Assembly: GCA_020631955.1 (NCBI GenBank) | Contig: JACKGL010000002.1 | Span: forward strand, 13,860 to 77,859 | Direction of reading: 5' to 3' | DNA length: 64,000 nucleotides | Source: Candidatus Nomurabacteria bacterium | Lineage (GTDB): Bacteria > Patescibacteriota > Minisyncoccia > Phycocordibacterales > UBA9973 | Part shown: piece by piece, positions 9,531 through 19,359 of the stretch | How positions within the stretch are numbered: position 1 is the first letter of the stretch | How the letters are laid out: the number at the start of each line of letters is the position of its first letter | Program-made: the position numbers and the translations under genes | Notes under the pieces: model-generated | Told to the model about the DNA's origin: nothing | Seen by the model: the letters and a program-made list of their open reading frames with translations, nothing else | The model's database searches: none

Positions 9531-11579
9531 CTAATAGGAAAAATCGTCATCTTTGTCGTGTATCATAGTGTGAAGTAATTTTCTTAGATTTGCTTTAGCT
9601 ACAGCTATATACTTATCACCCCCACCATAATATATATAAATATCTCCATCTTTTATTATAGTTCCACAAGAATAAGCTACTCCTGGTTTCCAATCATTTT
9701 CATACCAATTCCTAGGCTCTATCACAGGTGAAGTAGCTCTTGCTATTATCTTTTCTGGATTTTTTAGGTCTAGAAGAAGAGCCCCGACTTTATACCCTAT
9801 ATGAGGTTCGTATTTGTCCATGGCATGATAAAAAAGTAGCCAACCTTTATCTGTTTTTATAGGAGGAGGTCCTGCGCTTCTTATCCAAGAGTCCCAGTTT
9901 TCTCCATCTTGTGGCCATGGACTTTGTTCCAAAATACCTGGATCTACCCATTGAAAACCAGGAGTGCCTTCATTCACCATTACCCAATGAGGTGGTAAGT
10001 TGCCGTATTTTCCTCCTCTGTGCCAATATTTCGGAGCTACTACTTTACCTGTAGCAAGTTCATCTAGTGAATCAACGTATTCTATACCTATCTTTGGCCA
10101 AATATTGTGAAGCACAGCAAATTTGCCATTTATTTTTTCTGGGAATAATGCCCAGTTTTTATTCACCTCGTGATCAGGAGATATATATATAGGTTTTGAC
10201 CAATTCCATTTTTTGTCCAAGAAATCTTTTTGATCAATACTGATCACACCTACTCTTATAGAATCCCAACCCCAAAAACCATTGAAGGTCACATATATAT
10301 TTCCGTCTATGTTTACCATCCTAGGATCTTCACACCCTCCCCAGCTACCACCAGAAGGATACATAACGAGATCGTACTTTTTATCATTTTCAGATATGTT
10401 TTCTCTCGGATTTACAAGTTCGAAAATAGGAGTCTCTCCTCTTTCTATAAAGTTAAGCGCATCAAAACTCTTCGCGTAAGAAAGCCTAGACATGCCATCA
10501 TTACCTACAGCACGATACACGAGGTGAACATTGTCTTTAAGTAAAATAGCAGAAGGGTTCAAAGTAGCAGCACTCTCCCAAAAATTACCACGAAGTGGTG
10601 TGATGACTGGGTTGCCGTCATACTTCTGAACTATTTTTTCATATTTATTATTTCTTCTATTAAGAAAAGGTAGATCTAGATCGTAGACTTCCACTTTGCC
10701 AGTATTTAGATCGTAGATATATAAATAGAAACTGTTTCCACAAAACACAGATCCCAGCACAGCCATTTTTTCTCCATCAAAATATTTTTCAAAAATAGGT
10801 TTTGATGTTCTCCAAGGAGAAAGAGTACCTGGATTTGATTCTTCAAATATTGCTCCCCCAAGGACAATACTGGTACCCACACTACTTGTAAAAGATAAGT
10901 CGAGTAAGACAAATATACCAGCTGATGAGTGGAAAGATGATGTCACAATAGGTAACACTTCAGGACTGTAAGACACTATATCAGACCCCGCCACATCTCT
11001 AACATAATTGACCTTCTTAAAATCTTTCACCACTGCCATGGATATATGTCCTTCATCATTAAAATATCCTACAAAATGTCCGTTATGTTTGAAGTGAGAA
11101 GTAAATATAAGCTCTCCAGGCAAAGAAGATATATCTCTACGCATAGTAATAGAGTTGATAGTTTTTCCTGAGAACAGGAAGGTTTTTTCTTTACCTCTTA
11201 ATATAGTCTTTATCAAATATCCCTCCTCACCTTTTCTTACCTCGTTACCCAAATATATAAAGCCCGATATCTTACCTATTTGTTTTTTCTTACCAACTAT
11301 TTTTATATTTATATTTTGCCCTTTACCAGAAAACTTTTTTCCGGGTTTTGCTGTTTTGTAATATAGTTTCCCGTCTTTCTTCTTGAAAACCATATATACG
11401 GTATCTTTAAGTACAAAAACATTTAAAGGACTTATAGATCTGGATGATTTTTTCTTCATTCTCTCACCAGAAAACTCTGTTTTCTCATTCAGCTCTAGTG
11501 TAGGTTTATGTTCTGGTGGAGGTGTAGAGACCCTCTTTTTACCTAAACCAAATATTCTCTTTAAAAAAGAAAGTAGCAT
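9531..11579 (-). CDS. GH130 (DUF377) domain protein with a roughly 320-aa N-terminal domain of unknown family
   Basis: 682 aa. The C-terminal half has GNPVITPLRGNFWESAATLNPSAI, GGCEDPRMVNIDGNIYVTF, PPIKTDKGWLLFYHA and YIYYGGGDKYIAVA. I did not recognise the N-terminal half. Confidence 0.7.
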   Translation of the reverse strand: MLLSFLKRIFGLGKKRVSTPPPEHKPTLELNEKTEFSGERMKKKSSRSISPLNVFVLKDTVYMVFKKKDGKLYYKTAKPGKKFSGKGQNINIKIVGKKKQIGKISGFIYLGNEVRKGEEGYLIKTILRGKEKTFLFSGKTINSITMRRDISSLPGELIFTSHFKHNGHFVGYFNDEGHISMAVVKDFKKVNYVRDVAGSDIVSYSPEVLPIVTSSFHSSAGIFVLLDLSFTSSVGTSIVLGGAIFEESNPGTLSPWRTSKPIFEKYFDGEKMAVLGSVFCGNSFYLYIYDLNTGKVEVYDLDLPFLNRRNNKYEKIVQKYDGNPVITPLRGNFWESAATLNPSAILLKDNVHLVYRAVGNDGMSRLSYAKSFDALNFIERGETPIFELVNPRENISENDKKYDLVMYPSGGSWGGCEDPRMVNIDGNIYVTFNGFWGWDSIRVGVISIDQKDFLDKKWNWSKPIYISPDHEVNKNWALFPEKINGKFAVLHNIWPKIGIEYVDSLDELATGKVVAPKYWHRGGKYGNLPPHWVMVNEGTPGFQWVDPGILEQSPWPQDGENWDSWIRSAGPPPIKTDKGWLLFYHAMDKYEPHIGYKVGALLLDLKNPEKIIARATSPVIEPRNWYENDWKPGVAYSCGTIIKDGDIYIYYGGGDKYIAVAKANLRKLLHTMIHDKDDDFSY

Positions 11580-11581
11580 CT

Positions 11582-11926
11582 TTACTTATTTCTATTATAT
11601 TTATCTTCATACCTTTTAATATCACCTTCTTTAAAATGTCCAAATGCTATTTCAAGTATGGTGACATTGTTTTTAGGAGCAGCAAGTCTATGTATTTGGC
11701 CAGTTTTTACAAAAAAAGACTCTCCTGGTTTTGCTATAACATCTGTCTTACCTATTATTACTCTAGGGTTACCGGATACAACTCTCCAAAACTCTTTTCT
11801 TTGTTTATGACTTTGTAAACTAAGAACTCCTCCTTTTTTAATATTAAGAAATTTTACTGTACACTCTTGGTTGTTCACGAACCTTTCAAACGAACCCCAA
11901 GGCCTCTCCTCAAAATAGGTTTTCAT
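11582..11926 (-). CDS. Stand-alone cupin, mannose-6-phosphate isomerase type II C-terminal-domain family
   Basis: 114 aa: ERPWGSFERF..VKFLNIKKGGVLSLQSHKQRKEFWRVVSG...IHRLAAP..ILEIAFGHFKEGDIKRYEDKYNR. This matches the MannoseP_isomer cupin consensus (RPWG, LSLQ.H..R.E.W.V..G, HR., EDDI.R..D.Y.R). Confidence 0.8.
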   Translation of the reverse strand: MKTYFEERPWGSFERFVNNQECTVKFLNIKKGGVLSLQSHKQRKEFWRVVSGNPRVIIGKTDVIAKPGESFFVKTGQIHRLAAPKNNVTILEIAFGHFKEGDIKRYEDKYNRNK

Positions 11927-11961
11927 GCTTTAATTATACATTTTTGTGACCAAATATCTAG

Positions 11962-12717
11962 CTAAACTGTTAGTTTCTGTATGTGTTTTGCAGTGTCTTC
12001 TACGTCTATAACATTTATACATTCATAACCAGCTGCCTTAGGGGCGTAATCATTTCCACCAGGGAAAACAGCGTCACCAATATATAGTACTTCATCTTTG
12101 GAAATAGATAGTATTTTAGATAATTCATCCAAAATAAAAGCCTTATCTACACCTTTTTGCACTACATCTATAGTAGAAGTCCCCCCTATAAGGATATCTA
12201 GATTATATTTTTCTATTTTTGGCAACATTATCTCACGTATAGCTATTCTTTTTTTTCTATCAACATCCCAGTCCTTCTTAGCTTCATACGGAGCCTCTTG
12301 CCCAAAGGGAGAAAAAGATATCTGGCTTATACGATATTCTGCCACTTCTCCATATGTAGTACTCGGTAACTGTACACCCGCTTCATCACAAGAACTAAAA
12401 TATGCTTCTTTTACATCATAAAAAACATCTTGAGATAATTTCTTTTCATATATAGATTTCAAATCATCTCCCAATACTTCAAACAAAGATCCTCCGGATG
12501 TCGGGCCTATGTATAGATGACCATTTTTACTGTTCTTATTTATATTTGAAAGTAGTTGTTTTTCAAATTGTTCTAGCTTCCCACCTGATACTACCAAGAC
12601 ATAATACTTCTCGCACAACTTATCCAACAATGTAGCCATATCTTTTGTAATACTTTGCTTGCTTGTCGCTAAGGTGCCGTCTAGATCAAAAGCGACAAGT
12701 TTGTATTTATTTTCCAT
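11962..12717 (-). CDS. HAD-IIB hydrolase, phosphomannomutase-like (eukaryotic-type PMM / Cof-like)
   Basis: 251 aa with the HAD motif I FDLDGTLATSKQ, motif II VVSGG and a late IGDAVFPGGNDY. The cap size fits type IIB. The substrate is inferred only from neighbouring genes. Confidence 0.6.
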   Translation of the reverse strand: MENKYKLVAFDLDGTLATSKQSITKDMATLLDKLCEKYYVLVVSGGKLEQFEKQLLSNINKNSKNGHLYIGPTSGGSLFEVLGDDLKSIYEKKLSQDVFYDVKEAYFSSCDEAGVQLPSTTYGEVAEYRISQISFSPFGQEAPYEAKKDWDVDRKKRIAIREIMLPKIEKYNLDILIGGTSTIDVVQKGVDKAFILDELSKILSISKDEVLYIGDAVFPGGNDYAPKAAGYECINVIDVEDTAKHIQKLTV

Positions 12718-12744
12718 AAAGATATTATATTCTATTTGCCCTAA

Positions 12745-12776
12745 AAAAGAAAAACTGCCTAAAAGGCAGTTTTTCT
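12745..12776 (-). terminator. Rho-independent terminator after secF (hairpin usable on both strands)
   Basis: aaaaactgcc-taaaa-ggcagttttt, flanked by an A-run and a T-run, lies 15 nt downstream of the secF stop. Confidence 0.6.
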
Positions 12777-12790
12777 AAAAAATTTGAGTT

Positions 12791-13708
12791 TTATTTTCTT
12801 TTCCAAACAAGGATAAATGGAGCTGCTAAGAATATAGATGAAAATGTACCTATAAACATACCTACTGTCATAGTAAGAGCAAATATTTTTGTAGTCACAG
12901 GACCAAAGAAATATAGAGCTAGTAGCACGGCGATAACAGTGATAGATGTGTTGATAGATCTAGCTAGAGTTTGCTTTATACTTTTTTCTATAGTTTCAGA
13001 AAACTCTTCTTTTGTTCTGTTTTCTTCATTAGTCAAAAGATTGTCTCTTATTCTGTCGAACACAACTATAGTGTCGTTCACAGATACACCCAAAACAGTA
13101 AGTATCGCAACAACAAACAAAGAGTCTAGTTCTGCTCCCATAAACTTCCCAAAGAGCACATATATACCTGATGTAATGATCACATCGTGGACAAGACATA
13201 TCACAGCAGTGAGGCCGTACTTGAAAGAAGAAACATTTTCTCCTTTTTTATTCTCTGATGATACCGATATCTTTCGAAAAGCGTAAGCTATAAAAAGGAT
13301 GATACCTAAAGCCACCAATATAAATGCCAATGTAGCTTTCTCTTTGAGCTCTTTACCTATAGATGGACCTATAGATGTATACCTGATTTCTTCTGTAGAA
13401 TATGACCCTCCTATAGACATAGCATCTCTTAAAGCTTGTCTTTCTTCTTCTGTTAGGAATTGAGTCTTCACAGAATAACTATCTTCACCTACTGGTTGGA
13501 CAATAGATCCTCCGTATCCCAAACTATCTACTGAGCTTCTGACTTCCTCCAAAGAAGGATAGGCATCTGTATACCTTACTTCGTACAAAGATCCTCCAGC
13601 AAATTCTATACTTGGCTTGATACCTACTACTATAAGAAGTATTAAAGAAGCTGCGACAAGAACAGATGAGATGCTGAAAAATATTTTTCTGTTTTTTACT
13701 ATGTTCAT
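12791..13708 (-). CDS. secF: Protein translocase subunit SecF
   Basis: It has SecF topology and motifs (..IEFAGGSLYEV.., six TMs, FDRIRDN). The likely start is MNIVKNRKIFF at 13708, 1 nt after the secD stop. The ORF track extends to 13753. Confidence 0.85.
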   Translation of the reverse strand: MNIVKNRKIFFSISSVLVAASLILLIVVGIKPSIEFAGGSLYEVRYTDAYPSLEEVRSSVDSLGYGGSIVQPVGEDSYSVKTQFLTEEERQALRDAMSIGGSYSTEEIRYTSIGPSIGKELKEKATLAFILVALGIILFIAYAFRKISVSSENKKGENVSSFKYGLTAVICLVHDVIITSGIYVLFGKFMGAELDSLFVVAILTVLGVSVNDTIVVFDRIRDNLLTNEENRTKEEFSETIEKSIKQTLARSINTSITVIAVLLALYFFGPVTTKIFALTMTVGMFIGTFSSIFLAAPFILVWKRK

Positions 13709-13709
13709 A

Positions 13710-15089
13710 TTATTTTCTAAAACCATTACCGAATAATGCACGTGCGCTAGCACTAGCAGACTTAGGTAGAGCCAAAAGTAATGTCTTACTTATAGTGATA
13801 GCAGATATCATGCTCACCAAAGTACCAAGTCCAAATGTAAGAGCAAAACCTTTGACTAAAGAAGTACTGAAAATATAAAGCACAACCATAGATATAAGAG
13901 TAGATATATTTCCGTCTCTTATAGAAGACCAGGCTCTTTTAAATCCAATACTGATAGCTTCATTTATATCTTTACCAGCCCTAAGTTCCTCTTTCATTCT
14001 TTCAAATATGAGCACGTTGGCGTCGATAGCAAGTCCTATGGATATGATAAATCCAGCGACACCAGCAGCTGTAAGAGTAACAGGAATAAATCTAAACAAA
14101 GCGAGCATTATAACTGTATAAAATACAAGTGCTAAAGATCCTATAAGTCCTGGTAGACGATAGTACAAAATCATAAATATGATAACGAACAAAAGTCCGA
14201 TGATACCTGACTTCACACCAGTATTGATAGCATCGTTACCTAGTGTAGCACCTACTGTGGTAGTGCTTTCCAAAGATATAGAAAGTGGAAGTGCTCCTGA
14301 GTTTAGTCTTCCTACAAGAGTCTTTGCTTCTTCTGGAGTAAAGAGTCCTGTGATAACAGCTTCTCCACCTGAAATCTTTTCGTTTACTCTAGGTTCTGAA
14401 ATAGGATATCCATCTAAGAATATAGCTATAGTGTCGCCAATATTGTCTCCTGTAAGCTGTTCGAAAAGCTGTGCCCCTTCTTCATTGAACTGAAGTGACA
14501 CTATAGGTTCTCCTGTATTGTAGTCGAAGTTAAGAACAGATCTCTTTAGATATTTTCCTGTTAGATCTGTCGGTACGTATTGTGCTGCCAAATATTCTTC
14601 TGTGGTTATATTTCCTTTGTTTAATTCATCTAACAGATCTTGTTTGTCAGTCTCGTCTAAGTCTGGATTTTGAGTTTTAAATTCCAAAACCGGAGTCTCT
14701 CCTATCATAGCTACCGCTTGATCTATATCAGTCACACCTGGCAACTCTACTATAAGTCTATCCTCATCTGTGAAAGAAGAGTGTTCAGTACGCACTTCTG
14801 GTTCTGAAACACCAAAGATATTTATCCTTCTTTCTATGACATCTCTTAGAGACTCCATAGAGCTTTTGACGTCTCCTTCTGGTACAGAAGAAACATCTGC
14901 TATATATACAAGCTGGCTACCGCCACTTAAGTCAAGACCTAGTAAAAAATCTTTCTTTACTTCTTTACCATTGTTTAGACTAAGAAGGTTATAAGAAAGC
15001 AGTATGCCTATAAGTAAAATAACGCCCGCAAAAATTCTTGTTTTCATCATAATAAAAGAGAGTTTACTCCTTTTAGACTTATTTTGCAA
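13710..15089 (-). CDS. secD: Protein translocase subunit SecD
   Basis: 459 aa with GLDLSGGSQLVY, a periplasmic domain, a C-terminal 6-TM bundle (DANVLIFERMKEE) and secF directly downstream. The start may instead be MMKTRIF at 15050. Confidence 0.85.
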   Translation of the reverse strand: MQNKSKRSKLSFIMMKTRIFAGVILLIGILLSYNLLSLNNGKEVKKDFLLGLDLSGGSQLVYIADVSSVPEGDVKSSMESLRDVIERRINIFGVSEPEVRTEHSSFTDEDRLIVELPGVTDIDQAVAMIGETPVLEFKTQNPDLDETDKQDLLDELNKGNITTEEYLAAQYVPTDLTGKYLKRSVLNFDYNTGEPIVSLQFNEEGAQLFEQLTGDNIGDTIAIFLDGYPISEPRVNEKISGGEAVITGLFTPEEAKTLVGRLNSGALPLSISLESTTTVGATLGNDAINTGVKSGIIGLLFVIIFMILYYRLPGLIGSLALVFYTVIMLALFRFIPVTLTAAGVAGFIISIGLAIDANVLIFERMKEELRAGKDINEAISIGFKRAWSSIRDGNISTLISMVVLYIFSTSLVKGFALTFGLGTLVSMISAITISKTLLLALPKSASASARALFGNGFRK

Positions 15090-15118
15090 CAGTTATTTCA
15101 AGACCTGATTTACTTGAT

Positions 15119-15889
15119 CTAAAGGGCTCCAGATACCAAAAAAAGCAGTATTATGATACCTAAAATCAGTCTATACCAACCAAAAATCTTCATTCCCTTT
15201 TTCTGTATATAACTTAAGAACCATCTAACCACCACAAAAGCAACAGCAAAAGAAACTAAGGCTCCTAGGATAATAAGCCCTAGACCTCCTTCTAAAGATA
15301 TCGATTGCTTGTATATATCGTACACGCTGGCACTGAATATAGTCGGCACAGCAAGCAAGAAAGAAAATATAACAGCTGTTTTCCTAGAAAGACCTGAAAA
15401 TATACCTCCATAAATAGTAGCCAAACTTCTACTTACACCAGGAACGATAGCGATAGATTGTGCTAACCCTATATATATGGATTGTTTCCAAGATATGTTT
15501 TCTTCCTCACCTTCAGGCTCTGGTCTTTTATCTTCTTTAGAAAATATGATAAACACACCTCCTATGATAAGAGCTACTGCGATCAATAGAAAAGATTCAT
15601 ACAAAACTTTATGCACAAAAGGATAAGCCAACAGTCCTATAACAGAAGTGATAAAAAAAGCTACACATATTTTCAAAAAATATTTTTTAGAAAATATTTC
15701 TCTAAAATAGAGCACCAGTACCGCCAACATGGCTCCGGACTGTATAGCTATAGAAAAAGTTTCTTGAAATAAAGAGTTGTCAAAACGTAAGTATTGCCCA
15801 GCCAACAAAAGATGCGCCGTAGAAGAAACAGGTAAAAACTCTGTTATACCTTCTAATACACCTAGTAATATTGTATTAAGAAATTCCAT
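15119..15889 (-). CDS. uppP: Undecaprenyl-diphosphate phosphatase (BacA/UppP)
   Basis: It begins MEFLNTILLGVLEGITEFLPVSSTAHLLL and contains PGVSRS, on an 8-TM protein of 256 aa. Confidence 0.9.
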   Translation of the reverse strand: MEFLNTILLGVLEGITEFLPVSSTAHLLLAGQYLRFDNSLFQETFSIAIQSGAMLAVLVLYFREIFSKKYFLKICVAFFITSVIGLLAYPFVHKVLYESFLLIAVALIIGGVFIIFSKEDKRPEPEGEEENISWKQSIYIGLAQSIAIVPGVSRSLATIYGGIFSGLSRKTAVIFSFLLAVPTIFSASVYDIYKQSISLEGGLGLIILGALVSFAVAFVVVRWFLSYIQKKGMKIFGWYRLILGIIILLFLVSGAL

Positions 15890-16607
15890 ACTTTATTCTT
15901 ATGTCTCTTAAAAAGTACTTTTGTATAAACTTCACTACCAAATATCCGATCAAAAATCCAAACAACACATCCGAGAGATAATGCACACCCGAAGCCACTC
16001 TCGCAAAACCTATAAGTACCGCTAGTATTCCATACACTATGCCGAGCTCTCTGTTGTAATGATACAAAGCTACAGCAATAGCAAAAAATATTGCACTATG
16101 ACCTGAAGGGAAAGAGTCTAGGGAGCCAAACTGAAACAAAGAGTTGATCTCTGGTATAGACACAAAAGGTCTCGGTGTCTTAAACAGTACTTTGATAAGG
16201 ACAACAAAAACCCATGTAAATAAAGCTCCTACCATAGTATCAAAAGCTAAAAATATTGCTGACAGATACTGCTTACCCCACTCTTTGGCTCTGTCCAAAA
16301 CATATTCATAAGTGTTTTTTATATTCATATCTCCTTCTATCTTAGGGTGCTTTTGTATACCAAAAACATATCGCCAAAATACAAAGTATACAAAAACAAA
16401 GATATTTGCAAAAAGTTTCAGTGCGAGAGGAAAGAATTTTTGTTTTTTTATTTGACTATCAAGTTGTGGTCTTAGTTTGTATAAAATATATATAAGTAGT
16501 CCCAAGACCAATAAAAACGGTAGGTACCGAGCGATAAATATAACCATATCTTTGGCAAAACCTACTTGAACGTATTCATTTGTCAGTCTTACTATATATT
16601 CTTCCAT
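15876..16607 (-). CDS. PAP2-family membrane phosphatase
   Basis: It has the acid-phosphatase motifs KTPRPF, PSGHS and SGVHYLSDVLFG. It overlaps the uppP start by 14 nt. Confidence 0.8.
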   Translation of the reverse strand: MEEYIVRLTNEYVQVGFAKDMVIFIARYLPFLLVLGLLIYILYKLRPQLDSQIKKQKFFPLALKLFANIFVFVYFVFWRYVFGIQKHPKIEGDMNIKNTYEYVLDRAKEWGKQYLSAIFLAFDTMVGALFTWVFVVLIKVLFKTPRPFVSIPEINSLFQFGSLDSFPSGHSAIFFAIAVALYHYNRELGIVYGILAVLIGFARVASGVHYLSDVLFGFLIGYLVVKFIQKYFLRDIRIKYGIS

Positions 16608-16609
16608 AA

Positions 16610-17437
16610 TTATTTTTTAAACTTTGCTGCGTGTAATACATTTTCAAACAAACAAGCTATAGTCACAGGTCCGACACCTCCAGGAGTGAGTGCTGCGAAA
16701 GAAGCTTTTTCAGCAACACCATCTAATGAAACATCTCCGACAACAGCTCCAAAAGACTCACTTGTCCCTACATCTATTATTACAGATCCGTCCTTTATCA
16801 TTTCAGCATTTATCAGACTGGCTACACCGGTAGCTGATATAACGACATCGCTATCTTTTATTATACCTTCTTTATCTTCTGTACTCTTATCTATGACTTG
16901 CACATTATATCCTTTTTGGCTCAAAAGATAGGCTATGGGTTTGCCCACTAGTTCTCCTTTACCCAACACACAGATATTCTTACCTTCTAGGCTCACTCCA
17001 GTAGAAGCTAGGACGTCCATAGTGGCAATGGCTGTAGGATAAGAAAAATAAGCCTGACTCTCGTAAAACTTTTCTCTATTTACTTTGGTAAGACAGTCCA
17101 CATCTAAAGTAGGGTCTATAGCATTTACTATTTTTTCTTTATCCAAATGAGCAGGAAGCGGTAGCTGGACTATGACTCCACACATATTAGGAGTCTCGTT
17201 GAGCTCTTTGATCTTTTGTACCACTTCTTCATCTGTCACATCGCTTGGTAACCTACACTCTACTATACCCATACCCACACCCTCTGCCATCTTTTCTTTT
17301 AGCTCTACATATTTTCTAGACACTAGATCTTCTCCTACCATCACATCACAAAAGAGCGGAGTAAAGCCCAGCTCTCCTACCTGTCTTTTTATCTCAGACA
17401 ATTTTTCTTGTTGTATTTTTTTACCGTCTATCTTCAT
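16610..17437 (-). CDS. folD: Bifunctional methylenetetrahydrofolate dehydrogenase/cyclohydrolase
   Basis: 275 aa with GVIVQLPLP, VLGKGELVGKP and TPGGVGPVT. Confidence 0.9.
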   Translation of the reverse strand: MKIDGKKIQQEKLSEIKRQVGELGFTPLFCDVMVGEDLVSRKYVELKEKMAEGVGMGIVECRLPSDVTDEEVVQKIKELNETPNMCGVIVQLPLPAHLDKEKIVNAIDPTLDVDCLTKVNREKFYESQAYFSYPTAIATMDVLASTGVSLEGKNICVLGKGELVGKPIAYLLSQKGYNVQVIDKSTEDKEGIIKDSDVVISATGVASLINAEMIKDGSVIIDVGTSESFGAVVGDVSLDGVAEKASFAALTPGGVGPVTIACLFENVLHAAKFKK

Positions 17438-18586
17438 TTATATACCCACGAATTCTTTTTCATAATCCTCTTTATGTGCCCCTCTCCTATATGCAAGAGT
17501 CCCCACAAGAAAACCAATACATATATATTCTATCAAAAGATGGCTCCCTCCATAACTCATAAAAGGTAAAGGTATCCCCGTCACAGGCATGAGACCTATG
17601 TTCATACCTATATTTACTATGATGTGTCCCATAAAATACACAGCCACACCCAAAGCAAAAAGTCTTTCAAAGTTACTCGAGCTCAGTATGGCATAGTTGA
17701 GTATTCTACTTATCAATACTGTATACAGAAGAATAAGCAGTACCTCTCCTACAAAACCCCACTCTTCTGCAAAAGCTGCAAATATAAAATCTGTTTGATA
17801 TTCAGGTAAGTATTTCAATCTCGATTGAGTACCATAACCTATACCCTTACCCAAAAGCTGTCCAGATCCTACAGCAATAGTAGACTGGTACGCGTTGTAC
17901 CCTGCTCCTTGTATGTCAGAAAGAGGGTTGATGAAAGTAGCTATTCTGTCTCTTTGATAATCTTCAAAAATAAAAAAGTATGTGAAAAGTGAGGTCACCA
18001 ACATAATGCTCCCTACTATGATAAGATGCTTTTTAGAAATACCTGATATGAGTATCATTCCAAACCAGATCAAAAATATAACCAAAGCAGATCCGAAGTC
18101 GGGTTGTAGGAAAATAAGTATAAAAGGGATTATCGCATATACACCACTTATGAGTATGTGTCTAAAATAAGCTATCTGTGTATGTCTTCTAGAAAAATAT
18201 TTTGCCAAGATGATGATAAGCACTAGCTTCATCAAGTCTGAAGGTTGAAAAGAGAAAAAACCAAAGTCGTACCAGCTCTTGGCACCATTGATAGCTTTAC
18301 CAAAAACAAAAAGTCCTAGCAAAAGAGTAAGAGTGATGAGGTACACATATACTATGTGGTTTTGTCGCTTGAAAAGTCTGAGGTCTATCTTCATCGCTCC
18401 ATACATAGCAAGAAGTGATATACATATAAACAAAACTTGTTTACCAAAAAAATTGGAGTCGCCAGAAAAAGAAGCCATAGTCACAAGCCCCATAGTAGAT
18501 ATAAGTACCGCAGGTACAATAACAAAAAAATCCAACTTTTTTGCAAATTTACTCATATTAGTTTTGGTAATAGTTAGGTAATTCAA
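17438..18586 (-). CDS. SEDS-family peptidoglycan glycosyltransferase (FtsW/RodA)
   Basis: About 10 TMs, with QPSDLMKL, PDFGSAL, YLPEYQTDFIFA and IPLPFMSYGGS. The start may be MSKFAKK at 18556, which would remove the overlap with the upstream gene. Confidence 0.85.
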   Translation of the reverse strand: MNYLTITKTNMSKFAKKLDFFVIVPAVLISTMGLVTMASFSGDSNFFGKQVLFICISLLAMYGAMKIDLRLFKRQNHIVYVYLITLTLLLGLFVFGKAINGAKSWYDFGFFSFQPSDLMKLVLIIILAKYFSRRHTQIAYFRHILISGVYAIIPFILIFLQPDFGSALVIFLIWFGMILISGISKKHLIIVGSIMLVTSLFTYFFIFEDYQRDRIATFINPLSDIQGAGYNAYQSTIAVGSGQLLGKGIGYGTQSRLKYLPEYQTDFIFAAFAEEWGFVGEVLLILLYTVLISRILNYAILSSSNFERLFALGVAVYFMGHIIVNIGMNIGLMPVTGIPLPFMSYGGSHLLIEYICIGFLVGTLAYRRGAHKEDYEKEFVGI

Positions 18587-19331
18587 GCACTTTTATGACT
18601 GTCGGTTGTGCTGAAAGAGGATTACGCCAACTAAAATATATTTTCTTCGATGTTTGAGCGGCGATACTGTCGACAAATGTTTTTGATGCTTGTATAGCGT
18701 TGCCATCTTTATCAAAAAGCAAAATGATCACATCCATAGGTACAGAGTCTACATAGCTCTCATTTATAAGAGTAGCTTCAGCAGAAGGTATACCGTTCCA
18801 GTCATTGACTTGTGCATTTCTATCTCTAACCAAAGGTATAGCGCTTCTGTCTATATCCATCTTGTACCATTTTGTCTGACCAAGCTCTGAAAATACTACT
18901 CTCTTTGGTGTCTTACCAGAAAGGTCTACATTGCTATGAAGTATGGCAAATTCTCCGTTGGGCATGATGTGTGTAGTACCGGTAATACTCTTTAGTAAAA
19001 TATTACTATCATCATAAATATTTATCTCATAGTTCATACCTACGGTAAAAGCGTCTAGGTTTCTATTTTCTCCATAAACTACGACGTTGTAGAGACTGTT
19101 GCCCAAAGGGAAATATCTGGCCCAATTTATGACCACTGGGTTGTACTGGCCTTCACAATAAAGAACACATGCTCCACCACAGTCTGTGCCTTGCTCGTCT
19201 CCATTTCTCTTGCCGTCATAACAGGTCGGTTCTACTGTGAGTTTGGGTACTATGATCATAGCCATCACGCCCAAACCTATCAAAATAAGAAGGCCTATGT
19301 ATGAAAGCTGTCTTTTAGATCTCCATGACAT
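18558..19331 (-). CDS. Hypothetical membrane-anchored exported protein with an N-proximal Cys-rich motif
   Basis: 257 aa with a TM (YIGLLILIGLGVMAMIIV) followed by CYDGKRNGDEQGTDCGGACVLYC. I assigned no family. Confidence 0.55.
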   Translation of the reverse strand: MSWRSKRQLSYIGLLILIGLGVMAMIIVPKLTVEPTCYDGKRNGDEQGTDCGGACVLYCEGQYNPVVINWARYFPLGNSLYNVVVYGENRNLDAFTVGMNYEINIYDDSNILLKSITGTTHIMPNGEFAILHSNVDLSGKTPKRVVFSELGQTKWYKMDIDRSAIPLVRDRNAQVNDWNGIPSAEATLINESYVDSVPMDVIILLFDKDGNAIQASKTFVDSIAAQTSKKIYFSWRNPLSAQPTVIKVLELPNYYQN

Positions 19332-19359
19332 ACTAATGATATTAGCACACCAAAATCAT

